In this document: in pieces, positions 55,046-64,000 of the stretch
Layout of the letters: each line of letters opens with the position of its first letter
How positions within the stretch are numbered: position 1 is the first letter of the stretch
Source of the DNA: Rubripirellula sp.
GTDB taxonomy: Bacteria; Planctomycetota; Planctomycetia; Pirellulales; Pirellulaceae
DNA: 64,000 bases
Direction: 5' to 3'
Assembly: GCA_965216875.1 (NCBI GenBank)
Contig: OZ244207.1
Coordinates: 3,936,001 to 4,000,000 of the forward strand
Position numbers and translations under genes: made by a program
Notes under the pieces: model-generated
The model's database searches: none
The model's input: the letters and a program-made list of their open reading frames with translations, nothing else
What the model was told of the DNA's origin: nothing

Positions 55046-55410
55046 GCTCACGATCCGGAATCGACGGCAAGAAGTCGACCAAGTTGATTGCTACCCCAAT
55101 CTGGCTGCAGAGACGTTCGACTGCAGAAACGAAAACCTTGGTATCCACTTACTACCTTCGTCGCATTTTGGTGACGCAGATTCCGAAAGAAAACAGCGAA
55201 ATTGGCTCAATTCCCCTGCGTGGCGGGGTGAGCGACGAAGTGGTTCGCCCGGGTTAGCAAAAATATCTGAACTTTTCTCAAGTTCTTCGTCCTGCCTTCA
55301 CGTTGGCCGGCAGTAACGACAACAAGGGAAGAATCCCGCCCTCTTGCCAGGGCATTTGGTGAGTTGATTCTTCGCGACCCTTTATGTCCCTCAGAACACC
55401 GGCCACCCAG

Positions 55411-55593
55411 ATGCGAATTACGTCACTTTTGCTAGTCCCTGCACTACTACTTGCACTCGCAACCGTCGGTTGCGGCGGCAAGCAAGACGCAGCCGTTGAA
55501 ATTGATCCCAACGATCCGTTGCTCGTCGAGCCTCCTGAGGTCACCGAATTCGAGCCGGAAATCAACGGTGGTGAAGACGCGTTCACTCCGTAG
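55411..55593 (+). CDS. Small acidic lipoprotein
   Basis: MRITSLLLVPALLLALATVGC lipobox. About 40-aa Pro/Glu-rich mature part. Lies upstream of the DUF1559 gene. Confidence 0.65.
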   Translation: MRITSLLLVPALLLALATVGCGGKQDAAVEIDPNDPLLVEPPEVTEFEPEINGGEDAFTP

Positions 55594-55676
55594 CCAACTT
55601 GACGACGAATTTGATTCAGTCTGTCCGTTCTTTTGTGGCGACTTGCCACTTTTACTTAATTTCTTGAGGTGGAATC

Positions 55677-56921
55677 ATGACGAGCTCTCGCTCCTCGCGA
55701 CACACCGGCTTCACACTTGTGGAGCTCTTGGTGGTGATCGCAATCATTGGCGTTTTGGTTGGCTTGCTCTTGCCAGCCGTTCAGGCCGCTCGGGAAGCCG
55801 CACGACGCATGTCTTGCAGCAATAACTTCCGTCAAATCGGCTTGGCCCTTCACAACTATCACTCAGCATTCAAGCAAGGTCCGCCGGCCACCGGCGGGAC
55901 GAACGGCTTGGTTGGCATCACTCGCTTTGACGGTGATTCCATCATCCCGCAGGGTAGTGACTACAACAACAACCGCTCTCAACTCGCATGGACCGTTCCG
56001 CTGTTGCCGTTCATCGAGCAGGCCGGATTGTGGGAGCAGATCTCCAATCCGTTCACCGTTGGCACCGACACGTGGCCGCCAATGGGCCCATCCCCAGAGC
56101 GTAGCGTTGCCTACCCGCCATTCCGTACGACCGTGCCGACCTACCGGTGCCCGTCGGACCCCAACGAAACCAGCCAATGGGGACGCCTGAATTACGCCGC
56201 CTGCTTGGGTGACAGTTCGATCATCCCCAACTGGGCCTACGGAAACGGCATCCACGTCACCGCACACCGCGGTACCTTCCGTCCCTTCAAGGCACGCAAA
56301 TTCCGCGACATCAAGGACGGTCTAGCCAACACCATCGCCTTTGGTGAAATCGCGACAAGCGGCGACGACTTCTTTGTCCCGGGCTCGATCCGATCGAATG
56401 TTGGCCCAGGTGGCGCAAACGGATTGTGGGCCATGCCCTTCAGTTCTTGCTGGGGCAATACTACGACGGTGATCGATCCAGAACGTCCGCAGTTCTACCA
56501 AAACGCTCCCTACTGGAATGCAGGAAGCGCGTCCCGGCTGTTCCGCCGTGGACACGTGTGGGCCAGTGGTGTGATCGGACGATCAGGTTTTCAAACCATC
56601 GCACCGCCGAACAAGGCCTCTTGTAGCGGCGGCGGTGGGAATCCACGAAACTTTCCTAACAGCGGTGCTGGTTCCAATGGTATCTTTACAGCGGGCAGCT
56701 ACCATCAAGGTGGATGTCACGTCTGTATGGCGGATGGCTCGATCCAATTTATCACCGATAGTATCGAAGCGGGTGACCCCGACGGACATACTGTGGGACG
56801 CACAATCGACAACGATCCGAACGTCTTCACCCGGCAGGGCCAAAAAAGCCCCTATGGTTTGTGGGGATCGTTGGGTACGATTGCTTCGAAAGAACAAGTC
56901 GAAGAACAGCTGAATCAGTAG
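55677..56921 (+). CDS. DUF1559 family prepilin-type (N-methyl) protein with H-X9-DG motif
   Basis: [76 protein letters not shown] upstream. Confidence 0.95.
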   Translation: MTSSRSSRHTGFTLVELLVVIAIIGVLVGLLLPAVQAAREAARRMSCSNNFRQIGLALHNYHSAFKQGPPATGGTNGLVGITRFDGDSIIPQGSDYNNNRSQLAWTVPLLPFIEQAGLWEQISNPFTVGTDTWPPMGPSPERSVAYPPFRTTVPTYRCPSDPNETSQWGRLNYAACLGDSSIIPNWAYGNGIHVTAHRGTFRPFKARKFRDIKDGLANTIAFGEIATSGDDFFVPGSIRSNVGPGGANGLWAMPFSSCWGNTTTVIDPERPQFYQNAPYWNAGSASRLFRRGHVWASGVIGRSGFQTIAPPNKASCSGGGGNPRNFPNSGAGSNGIFTAGSYHQGGCHVCMADGSIQFITDSIEAGDPDGHTVGRTIDNDPNVFTRQGQKSPYGLWGSLGTIASKEQVEEQLNQ

Positions 56922-57358
56922 CTGTGGTGGCTGCTTGGTCCCCCTGGCTTTGCCGGGGGGGCCTGGTTTTTACACCCATCGAGCTTCGCGACCTGAAAGC
57001 CTTCACAAGAACACGGCGCTTGTGAAATCTCGGGTCGCGTGCCGGCGGGGAGCCGCCCAGCGTTGGTAGCCGTAGCTCTTCGGCCCCCATCCTCGGCGTC
57101 TTCCCCGCCATTTTTCTCTGCAACGCTGCAACGCACCTCTTTGCATTGCCTCGCGTCATCTCAGACGCTCCGCTCGAGCTCCCTTCGCCAGAAGGTGGGA
57201 TTCACGGAATGGCCCCGCTTCACTACCCGATTCAGTGCCCGGCCGTGTCCACGATTCACTGCTCCCCTACTCGAGCGAGCGTAGGTACGGAAGGTTCGTG
57301 CACTTGTGTAGAATGGCCTGCACTGTTTCACCCACTCCGCCTCTTTACCGTGACGCTC

Positions 57359-58153
57359 ATGAATCCTGTCCGACTTCTTGCCGTGGTTGCACTCGCAGCT
57401 GCATTCCAAACTCCCGTGACAACCGCCGACGAAGGCAAGTGGATTCAGCTCTTCAACGGCAAGAACCTTGATGGCTGGATTCCCAAGATTCGTTACCACA
57501 AGCTTGGCGAGAACCACGCCAACACGTTCCGCGTCGAGGATGGCCTGCTAACGGTTGGCTACGAGGGCTACGACGAATTCAATGAAACGTTTGGGCACCT
57601 CTTTTACAAAGACGATTTCTCGCACTACCGCATGCGAGTGGAGTACCGATTCGTCGGCGATCAGTGCAAGGGCGGCCCCGGATGGGCCATTCGCAACAGT
57701 GGTGTGATGGTCCATGGCGAACGCCCTGACACGATGGCCAAAGACCAAGACTTCCCAGCATCGATCGAAGTCCAACTTCTTGGTGGTGATGGCGAAAATC
57801 CGCGCACCAACGCCAACCTGTGTACGCCCGGAACGAACGTCGTCATGGACGGCAAACTCTTTAAACCCCACTGCACTTCGTCGAGCTCGAAAACGTATCA
57901 CGGTCCTCAATGGGTGACCGTAGAAATCGAAGTTCGTGGCAATCGTTTGGTCAAACACATCATCGATGGCGAAACCGTTCTCCAGTACAACAAGCCACAG
58001 CTCGACCAGCGTGATGCGCATGCCAAAGAGCTGGCTGATCAAAAAGGCACGTTGATGCTCAGCAGTGGAAGCATCTCCTTGCAATCCGAGAGTCATCCCA
58101 TCCAGTTTCGCAAAGTCGAACTGATGAAACTCCAAGGCCCCACGGAGCCCTAG
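57359..58153 (+). CDS. DUF1080 (3-keto-disaccharide hydrolase-like) exported protein
   Basis: Signal peptide, W..LFNGKNLDGW, RNSG, EVQL, G.ISLQSESHPIQFRKVE. Confidence 0.88.
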   Translation: MNPVRLLAVVALAAAFQTPVTTADEGKWIQLFNGKNLDGWIPKIRYHKLGENHANTFRVEDGLLTVGYEGYDEFNETFGHLFYKDDFSHYRMRVEYRFVGDQCKGGPGWAIRNSGVMVHGERPDTMAKDQDFPASIEVQLLGGDGENPRTNANLCTPGTNVVMDGKLFKPHCTSSSSKTYHGPQWVTVEIEVRGNRLVKHIIDGETVLQYNKPQLDQRDAHAKELADQKGTLMLSSGSISLQSESHPIQFRKVELMKLQGPTEP

Positions 58154-58480
58154 TGTCGCCTTTCGCTCCGCGAAAGTAGCGCTCGCAAAGCCCGGCCGCT
58201 TACGCGATCGCGGCTCAGTGTTCTGGCGGTTGTAGGCCGAAACAAGGAGCGACAGCGACGCAGATCCGGCTTCATCCCGAACGGGCGACCTTCGCCAGAA
58301 CGTGCCAGTGCGGGCAACCCCTTCACCATTTCTTCCACGCTCTGGCGAGCGTAGCTACGACATTCGGCGTCGCCCTCGCCTAGTCCCATCAGACTGAGGT
58401 CTTGGTTTTGCAATCCGCTGCGCTTGCGTCGGGCCCTCCGTTGAAGAGTGCAAGGCCCAACGCCAGCGCGTTCGGTTCAT
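58152..58480. repeat. Large REP-like mosaic (H, C, D, A pair, degenerate B)
   Basis: H at 58152-58181, C at 58190-58217, D at 58232-58270, A at 58288-58304 and 58335-58359, B at 58453-58480. Confidence 0.85.
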
Positions 58481-58699
58481 AAAAACACAGCCTCTACGCG
58501 GCGTCAGCTACGGTGAAAAAGCGTGAAAAGAGGGCCATTTCACGTTATGCTGGAGCGTTCCCCCAACACAGGCGGCGGCTGAAGAAAAAGGACCATTTCC
58601 GCTTCAGCAGACAACCGGCGCGCCCCCATGGTGCGGCACGCCGAGCCGATAGAGAGATTCACCGCCTGCTTGTCCTTTCCTTTCCCGAGGCCGCCACGC

Positions 58700-59782
58700 A
58701 TGGAACATGACCCGCTACAGGTCGACGCACCACCCAGCGAGTTTCATTCTCTGGTTCCCGAAGACGCCCGCATGGCAGACCGGGACATTGAACTCGCCCG
58801 CGTCTTGGTCAAAGCGCATCGCAAATTGACCAAAGAGATTTCCAAACGAATCGTTGGGCAGACCGATGTGATCGATCAGCTGCTGATTGCGATTCTGGCT
58901 CGCGGCCACTGCTTGCTCGAAGGGGTCCCTGGGTTGGCAAAAACGTTGATGGTCCGTTCGTTGGCCGAGGCGATCGAGCTTACCTTTCGACGAATTCAAT
59001 TCACGCCCGACTTGATGCCGGCCGACATCACAGGCACCGACATCATTCAAGAGGACGCGGCAACCAACAGCCGTCAGTTGGTCTTTGAAAAAGGCCCCAT
59101 CTTTTCTCAGATGCTGCTGGCTGACGAAATCAACCGCACGCCGCCCAAGACGCAGGCCGCGCTTTTGGAGGCGATGCAAGAACACAGTGTCACCGTTGGC
59201 GGTCGCACCTACCAACTCGAAGAACCGTTCTTTGTCCTTGCGACTCAAAACCCAATCGAACAGGAAGGCACCTACCCACTTCCGGAGGCTCAGCGTGACC
59301 GGTTCCTCTTGCACGTCAAAGTGAAGTACCCTTCGCGTGCTCAGGAAAAGCAGATTGTGGAACAGACCACCGGGTCGGGCGAGGGCAAGATCCAACCGAT
59401 TCTGACCGGCCAACACATCCTGGCCTGCCAACAAATCGTGCGCAAAGTTCCCGTTCCCGATCATGTGCTCGAACTTGTGCTCGACCTGGTTCGCCGCAGT
59501 CGTCCCGAAGAAGACGAGGCGTTGCCCTTGGTGCGTCAGTACGTTGAATGGGGGCCTGGCCCACGTGCGGCTCAATGTTTGGTCATGGGTGCCAAGGTGC
59601 GTGCGCTCCTGAAGGGCCGCTACCACGTGACCGCAGACGACGTCATCGCACTTGCGCATCCCGTACTGCGACACCGCATCGTGCCGACCTTCAATGCCGA
59701 ATCCCAAGGCATTTCGGTCGACGAAATCATCACACAAATCGTGCAAGCGGTTTCTGGAGGCAACGAACTTTCATTGCTGTGA
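58700..59782 (+). CDS. moxR: MoxR-family AAA+ ATPase
   Basis: EGVPGLAKT (Walker A), [56 protein letters not shown]. Confidence 0.93.
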   Translation: MEHDPLQVDAPPSEFHSLVPEDARMADRDIELARVLVKAHRKLTKEISKRIVGQTDVIDQLLIAILARGHCLLEGVPGLAKTLMVRSLAEAIELTFRRIQFTPDLMPADITGTDIIQEDAATNSRQLVFEKGPIFSQMLLADEINRTPPKTQAALLEAMQEHSVTVGGRTYQLEEPFFVLATQNPIEQEGTYPLPEAQRDRFLLHVKVKYPSRAQEKQIVEQTTGSGEGKIQPILTGQHILACQQIVRKVPVPDHVLELVLDLVRRSRPEEDEALPLVRQYVEWGPGPRAAQCLVMGAKVRALLKGRYHVTADDVIALAHPVLRHRIVPTFNAESQGISVDEIITQIVQAVSGGNELSLL

Positions 59783-59833
59783 TAGCGGAACGGATCCAAC
59801 AATGAATTGAAGGGCGTTGCGTAATAGGGCATT

Positions 59834-60760
59834 GTGGTGGCCGAATTCTTAGATGCCGAAGACCGAAGTCAAACCAATGGTTTGCAATTCTTTGCCCGAC
59901 AGGTTGTCGAAGGCTTTTGTGGCGGTCTGCACCGATCGCCTCACAAAGGCGTCTCGGTCGAATTCAAACAACATCGCCAGTACGTCCATGGCGACGAAAT
60001 CCGACATCTCGATTGGCGCGTCTTTGGCAAAACCGATCGCTTCTACATTCGCGAATACGAAGAAGAGACCAATCTCCGAAGCACACTGTTGTTGGACTGC
60101 AGCGGATCAATGGGGTACGAAAGCCCGTTGAAACGGCGCAGCAAAGATAAAGAACCGATCCCCACAAAGCTCGAGTTCGCCAAACGACTTGCTGCTTGCT
60201 TTGCCTACATGATGCTCGGACAACAAGACAGCGTCGGGATCACGACGTTTGACAAACGCATCCGCGATGTGGCTCCGAATCGTTCGCGCCCGAACCACTT
60301 GCGGACCCTTACCGAGATTCTTGAAAAGGCAAAACCGGGCGGCGAAGGCGATCTTGGTGACATCCTTGGCAAGGTGACCGCCAAACTCGGTCGCCGAGGG
60401 CTCGTCGTGATCCTGAGCGACTGCTTTGCCGACGCCGATTCGTTACTCAAGGGTCTCGCACAGATTCGGCATCTGAAACATGAAGTGATTGTGTTTCAAA
60501 TTTGGGACCGCGACGAGCTTGAGTTTCCATTCAAGCAATGGACACGGTTCGATTGCTTGGAAGTTGCAGGTGTACGTCAGATGGTCGATCCTGCCCATTT
60601 GCGTTCGGCCTACATGGAAAACCTTGCCAAATTTCGCGATAGCATCCAGCAGGTCTGTGACCGAACGCGAATCGACTTGGTTCCGATGGTGACGGATGAA
60701 CCTTATGCAAAAGCGCTGGCCAGTTACATGACCAGCCGAAACCGAAAGCGACGGCGATGA
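59834..60760 (+). CDS. DUF58 domain-containing protein
   Basis: G.HRS..KG.SVEF..HRQY..GD..R.LDW, YIREYEEETN, DCSGSM, ILSD. Confidence 0.92.
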   Translation: MVAEFLDAEDRSQTNGLQFFARQVVEGFCGGLHRSPHKGVSVEFKQHRQYVHGDEIRHLDWRVFGKTDRFYIREYEEETNLRSTLLLDCSGSMGYESPLKRRSKDKEPIPTKLEFAKRLAACFAYMMLGQQDSVGITTFDKRIRDVAPNRSRPNHLRTLTEILEKAKPGGEGDLGDILGKVTAKLGRRGLVVILSDCFADADSLLKGLAQIRHLKHEVIVFQIWDRDELEFPFKQWTRFDCLEVAGVRQMVDPAHLRSAYMENLAKFRDSIQQVCDRTRIDLVPMVTDEPYAKALASYMTSRNRKRRR

Positions 60761-63105
60761 CATTTCTCAATGCCGCCCTCGCATTTGGTGCTGCAGCCTG
60801 TGCGATCCCGGTGGTGATTCATCTGCTCAACCGACGACGACACGAAATCGTGCGTTGGGGAGCGATGCATCTGATCACGCCGATCGTTCGAACCAACCGC
60901 AAACGCGTTCGCCTGGAACAACTGTTGTTGCTGTTGATGCGGATGGCCATCCTGGCGTTGTTGGCACTTTGCATGGCCGGTCCGGTGCTTACCAATTGGA
61001 ACGCACTTTCGGGCAACGCAAAAACATCGCTCGCGATGCTGTTTGACAACAGCTATTCGATGGATGCCTCCAGTGGCGTGAAAACAAACAGCGAGCACGC
61101 CAAAAGCAATGCTGCACAGCTCGTGCTTCACCAGCCTCGTGGCTCCGATGTGGCCGTTTCCATGATGGCGGGCGGTCACGTGACAGGATCGTTTTCACCC
61201 ACCACCAACCGCAAACGGATCGCCGATGACTTGAAAGAGATCCCAGGCGGATTCGGTGCGGCGGATGTCGGCAAGTCTTTCGAACACGCGACACGTTCGC
61301 TCGTCAAAATGCAACACGCCAAGCGTGACTTGGTCATCGTCAGTGATTTCCAACAACAAGATTGGGCAGGTGACGCGGGTCCGACTTTGGTCAAGGCGAA
61401 AGAGTTGATCGACGCGATGCCGATTCGTCCAACCATCACGTTGATGCAAGTGGGTGCCGAAGCCACCGACAACATCAGCATCCAGTCGATCGAATTGACG
61501 CCCTCGGTTGTGGCCATCGACCAACCGGTCAACATTCGCGTGAACCTACGTAATCACGGCGAGATCCCATATCCGCGTGTGGCCGTCAACATGCAAGTTG
61601 ATGGCCAAGACCGAGAGTCTCAATCGATCGACCTTGCCGCCGGCGAAGATGGCCAGTTGTTGTTTCGCCACTCGTTCGCCGAGGCGGGCTCACATGTGTT
61701 GAACGTCTTTGCCGAAGCCGATGCGTTGCACATGGACAACACTTACAAAGCCGTCGTCCAAGTCTGGGACCGACTGCCAGTGCTGTTGGTTGACGGGAGT
61801 GGCGAAAACGAAGCGTTGAAAAGCTCGACAGGCTTTTTGAGGCTCGCGCTGAGCCCCTTTCTTTCGGCGGCAGGGTTGCCTGACGGGACGATCGAACAAA
61901 CACTGCCGCGCGCCGACCTGCTTGATGCCCGCGTCGTCAAACATGACGACCTTACCCCCGCAGATCTGGCGAACCTGCGCGTCCTCGTCCTGGCCAATGT
62001 CCCTCGCCTCGAAAGCGACATGGTTGACGCGATCAAGGCGTTTGTCGCAGCCGGAAACTCGCTGCTTGTTTTTTCGGGCGATCAAATCGATAGCAACTGG
62101 TACCAAACCGACATGTGCGAGCGAGCCGGTTTGATCCCCGTCACCTATGGCGTCACCCAAGACCGAAAAGGACCGGGGACCAACGACTTATTGGGAACGA
62201 CCTTTGGAGATCCACAACAAGTCGGCGATGCGAACGCCCCACAAGTTGCGGACGATGACGAAGCGTCGAAGAAGCCGGAACTTGGTGCAAGGATCGCGGC
62301 AACGCGTTTCGAACATCCAGTCCTTGCGTACTTTAATGATGGCCGTAACGGCAATCTCTCGGATGCACGCATCACAACATGGCATCGCCTGTTTACGCCC
62401 CAACTTCACATCGCATCGAGCCCGCTGCCAGGAGATGACGAAGCCGAGGCGAGGGCCGAGTCGACCGGTGTGATCGCGCGACTCGAAGGCGGCGATCCGC
62501 TGATGATCGAAGGACAACTTGGCAAAGGACGCGTCATCGTCTGCGCGACCGACTGCGGCGACAAATGGACAAACTTGCCGGCCAGACCGTTCTACTTGCC
62601 ACTAATGCAACGCCTTGTCACCTACCTCGCGATCGCAGTCGAACCGCGCCGAAACCTGGCCGCGGGGCAAACCATTGTCGCTCCCTTTACCGACAACCCC
62701 GGAACAGTGATTGTCACCCGGCCTGACGGAAAACAGGTCGAACTGAAGGAGAAGCATCGCGAGGACCCACGGCTTGTCGAGTATTCAGGAACCGACCAAG
62801 AAGGCGTCTACACGCTGCAAACGGCATCGATGCCTCTGATGCATTACGTCGTTGTTGCCGATCGAGTCGAATCGAATCTGAAACGACTCGATCAAGACGA
62901 GATGACCACTCTCGCCGAATCGCTCGATGCAACGGTGGTTGCCTCAGCCGACGAGTTCATCCAACAAGATTCCAAACGGCGTTATGGGCGTGAGATTTGG
63001 CGGCCTCTTTATTGGGCCATGTTTGTGCTCGTGATTGCCGAACTGTTGCTACAACAATGGCTGTCGGGAATCAAGTTGCGCAGCGCCGGTGGGGGTGCGG
63101 CATGA
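60757..63105 (+). CDS. BatA-domain/vWA membrane protein with CARDB-like and glutamine-amidotransferase-like regions
   Basis: BatA N-terminus (IPVVIHLLNRRR...LLLLMRMAILALL...P), MIDAS DNSYSM, IVSDFQ, C-terminal TM. ATGA overlap with the upstream gene. Confidence 0.85.
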   Translation: MTFLNAALAFGAAACAIPVVIHLLNRRRHEIVRWGAMHLITPIVRTNRKRVRLEQLLLLLMRMAILALLALCMAGPVLTNWNALSGNAKTSLAMLFDNSYSMDASSGVKTNSEHAKSNAAQLVLHQPRGSDVAVSMMAGGHVTGSFSPTTNRKRIADDLKEIPGGFGAADVGKSFEHATRSLVKMQHAKRDLVIVSDFQQQDWAGDAGPTLVKAKELIDAMPIRPTITLMQVGAEATDNISIQSIELTPSVVAIDQPVNIRVNLRNHGEIPYPRVAVNMQVDGQDRESQSIDLAAGEDGQLLFRHSFAEAGSHVLNVFAEADALHMDNTYKAVVQVWDRLPVLLVDGSGENEALKSSTGFLRLALSPFLSAAGLPDGTIEQTLPRADLLDARVVKHDDLTPADLANLRVLVLANVPRLESDMVDAIKAFVAAGNSLLVFSGDQIDSNWYQTDMCERAGLIPVTYGVTQDRKGPGTNDLLGTTFGDPQQVGDANAPQVADDDEASKKPELGARIAATRFEHPVLAYFNDGRNGNLSDARITTWHRLFTPQLHIASSPLPGDDEAEARAESTGVIARLEGGDPLMIEGQLGKGRVIVCATDCGDKWTNLPARPFYLPLMQRLVTYLAIAVEPRRNLAAGQTIVAPFTDNPGTVIVTRPDGKQVELKEKHREDPRLVEYSGTDQEGVYTLQTASMPLMHYVVVADRVESNLKRLDQDEMTTLAESLDATVVASADEFIQQDSKRRYGREIWRPLYWAMFVLVIAELLLQQWLSGIKLRSAGGGAA

Positions 63106-64000
63106 CTCAGCAAACGATTCCAACCGAACTTCGATTCGAGGGCGACCTCAGTCTTTGGCTCGGCATCCTGCTCGCGGCGCTGGCAACCGTGCTGGTCTAT
63201 TTCCTGTATCGACGCGAGACCCAAGGTCGCAGTGAGAAGTTGGCATTCCTGTTGCCGATCCTTCGTTGCATCGCCATCGCGCTGATCGTCATGATGCTCA
63301 CTGGCCCCGTGCTTCGCGGCAGCATCAATGTCGCGGACATGTCGCGCGTGTTGGTGTTTGTCGATGCCTCGGAAAGCATGACACTGACGGACGAAGCGAT
63401 GAGCATCGACCGCAAAATGCTCAACGCCCGACGTTTAGGATGGGTTGACGAGTCGTCGGTTGACACCTCGCTCTATGACGCCGCAAACCTGCTCTCCTCA
63501 GTAACGGCTCCCGAGGACCCCGGTCAGGCCTCCGAATCTCTCCTTCAATTCCAACGTTACATCTACAGCGCCGTCGACTCGATGGAACCGGGCGATCCAT
63601 TTCGCAATCGGATCACTCGTGGCGTGGCGGATCCACTTGAACAGGTGGCCGCCGATCACCGCACTGGCGACCTGAACGATCAACAACTCTTCGAACAGCT
63701 GCAACGGATCGCTGGAGTTGCAAAGAGACTGCAGATCGATTTCGAAAAGGAATACCGACAGCGGACCAGTGAAGCGAGCCCCTCGGATACCAAACTGGAC
63801 GAGGCGACCGAACGACTTGACGAGATGACCCGCTGGAAGCGAGCAGAAGCCGCGTTGCTCGATGGCAGCTCGCCGCTTCTGGAAAGCCTGAATGCCGATC
63901 ACCATGTCGACTTAATCGCGATCTCAGACAACAGCAACGACGACGCCACATCCCGACTTTGGCAACCTCTCAAGCAACCCGAGCTTCCCTCAACCTTTGA
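63102..64000 (+). CDS. Membrane-anchored vWA-domain protein (partial, runs off the window)
   Basis: ATGA overlap. MTQQTIPTELRFEG..., two TM helices, then VFVDASESM (DxSxS). The frame appears open to the window end. Confidence 0.8.
   Translation, partial: MTQQTIPTELRFEGDLSLWLGILLAALATVLVYFLYRRETQGRSEKLAFLLPILRCIAIALIVMMLTGPVLRGSINVADMSRVLVFVDASESMTLTDEAMSIDRKMLNARRLGWVDESSVDTSLYDAANLLSSVTAPEDPGQASESLLQFQRYIYSAVDSMEPGDPFRNRITRGVADPLEQVAADHRTGDLNDQQLFEQLQRIAGVAKRLQIDFEKEYRQRTSEASPSDTKLDEATERLDEMTRWKRAEAALLDGSSPLLESLNADHHVDLIAISDNSNDDATSRLWQPLKQPELPSTF

Noticed and set aside
56938..57060. IS200/IS605-like end hairpin (CCCCCTGGCTTTGCCGGGGGG) and adjacent stem-loops
   Set aside because: No transposase or TnpB ORF nearby and only one copy in the window. 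It most simply acts as a terminator or REP-like hairpin after the DUF1559 gene.

Overview
Core-genome window (visually moderately GC-rich) from a Planctomycete, most likely Pirellulaceae (Rhodopirellula/Stieleria/Rubripirellula-like). The assignment rests on planctomycete extracellular signal motifs, DUF1559, DUF1598, an ECF/FecR-LamG pair and an unlinked rRNA locus. It contains a tRNA-Ile/tRNA-Ala/23S/5S cluster with no 16S gene and a complete Na+-NQR operon (nqrABCDEF) followed by an ApbE-NqrM fusion gene. Housekeeping genes include gndA, fabI, typA, a Bpt/Ate-type transferase, an HtrA protease and an orphan MCP. There are two giant secreted proteins (LTD/CotH 1.65 kaa; S8 protease 3.3 kaa) that share N- and C-terminal modules, two DUF1598 paralogs, an ECF sigma/anti-sigma/lipoprotein/DUF1559/DUF1080 module and the start of a MoxR/DUF58/vWA operon. 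Many intergenic regions are mosaics of at least 7 families of short palindromic REP-like elements. I saw no transposase, integrase, prophage or CRISPR array. The best leads are the ApbE-NqrM fusion with a Rex/CRP-type palindrome upstream of nqrA, a ~180-nt rod-like candidate RNA at 1398-1575, the REP mosaic system and the shared export/anchoring modules of the giant proteins. All calls come from motif reading by eye; no database searches were run.
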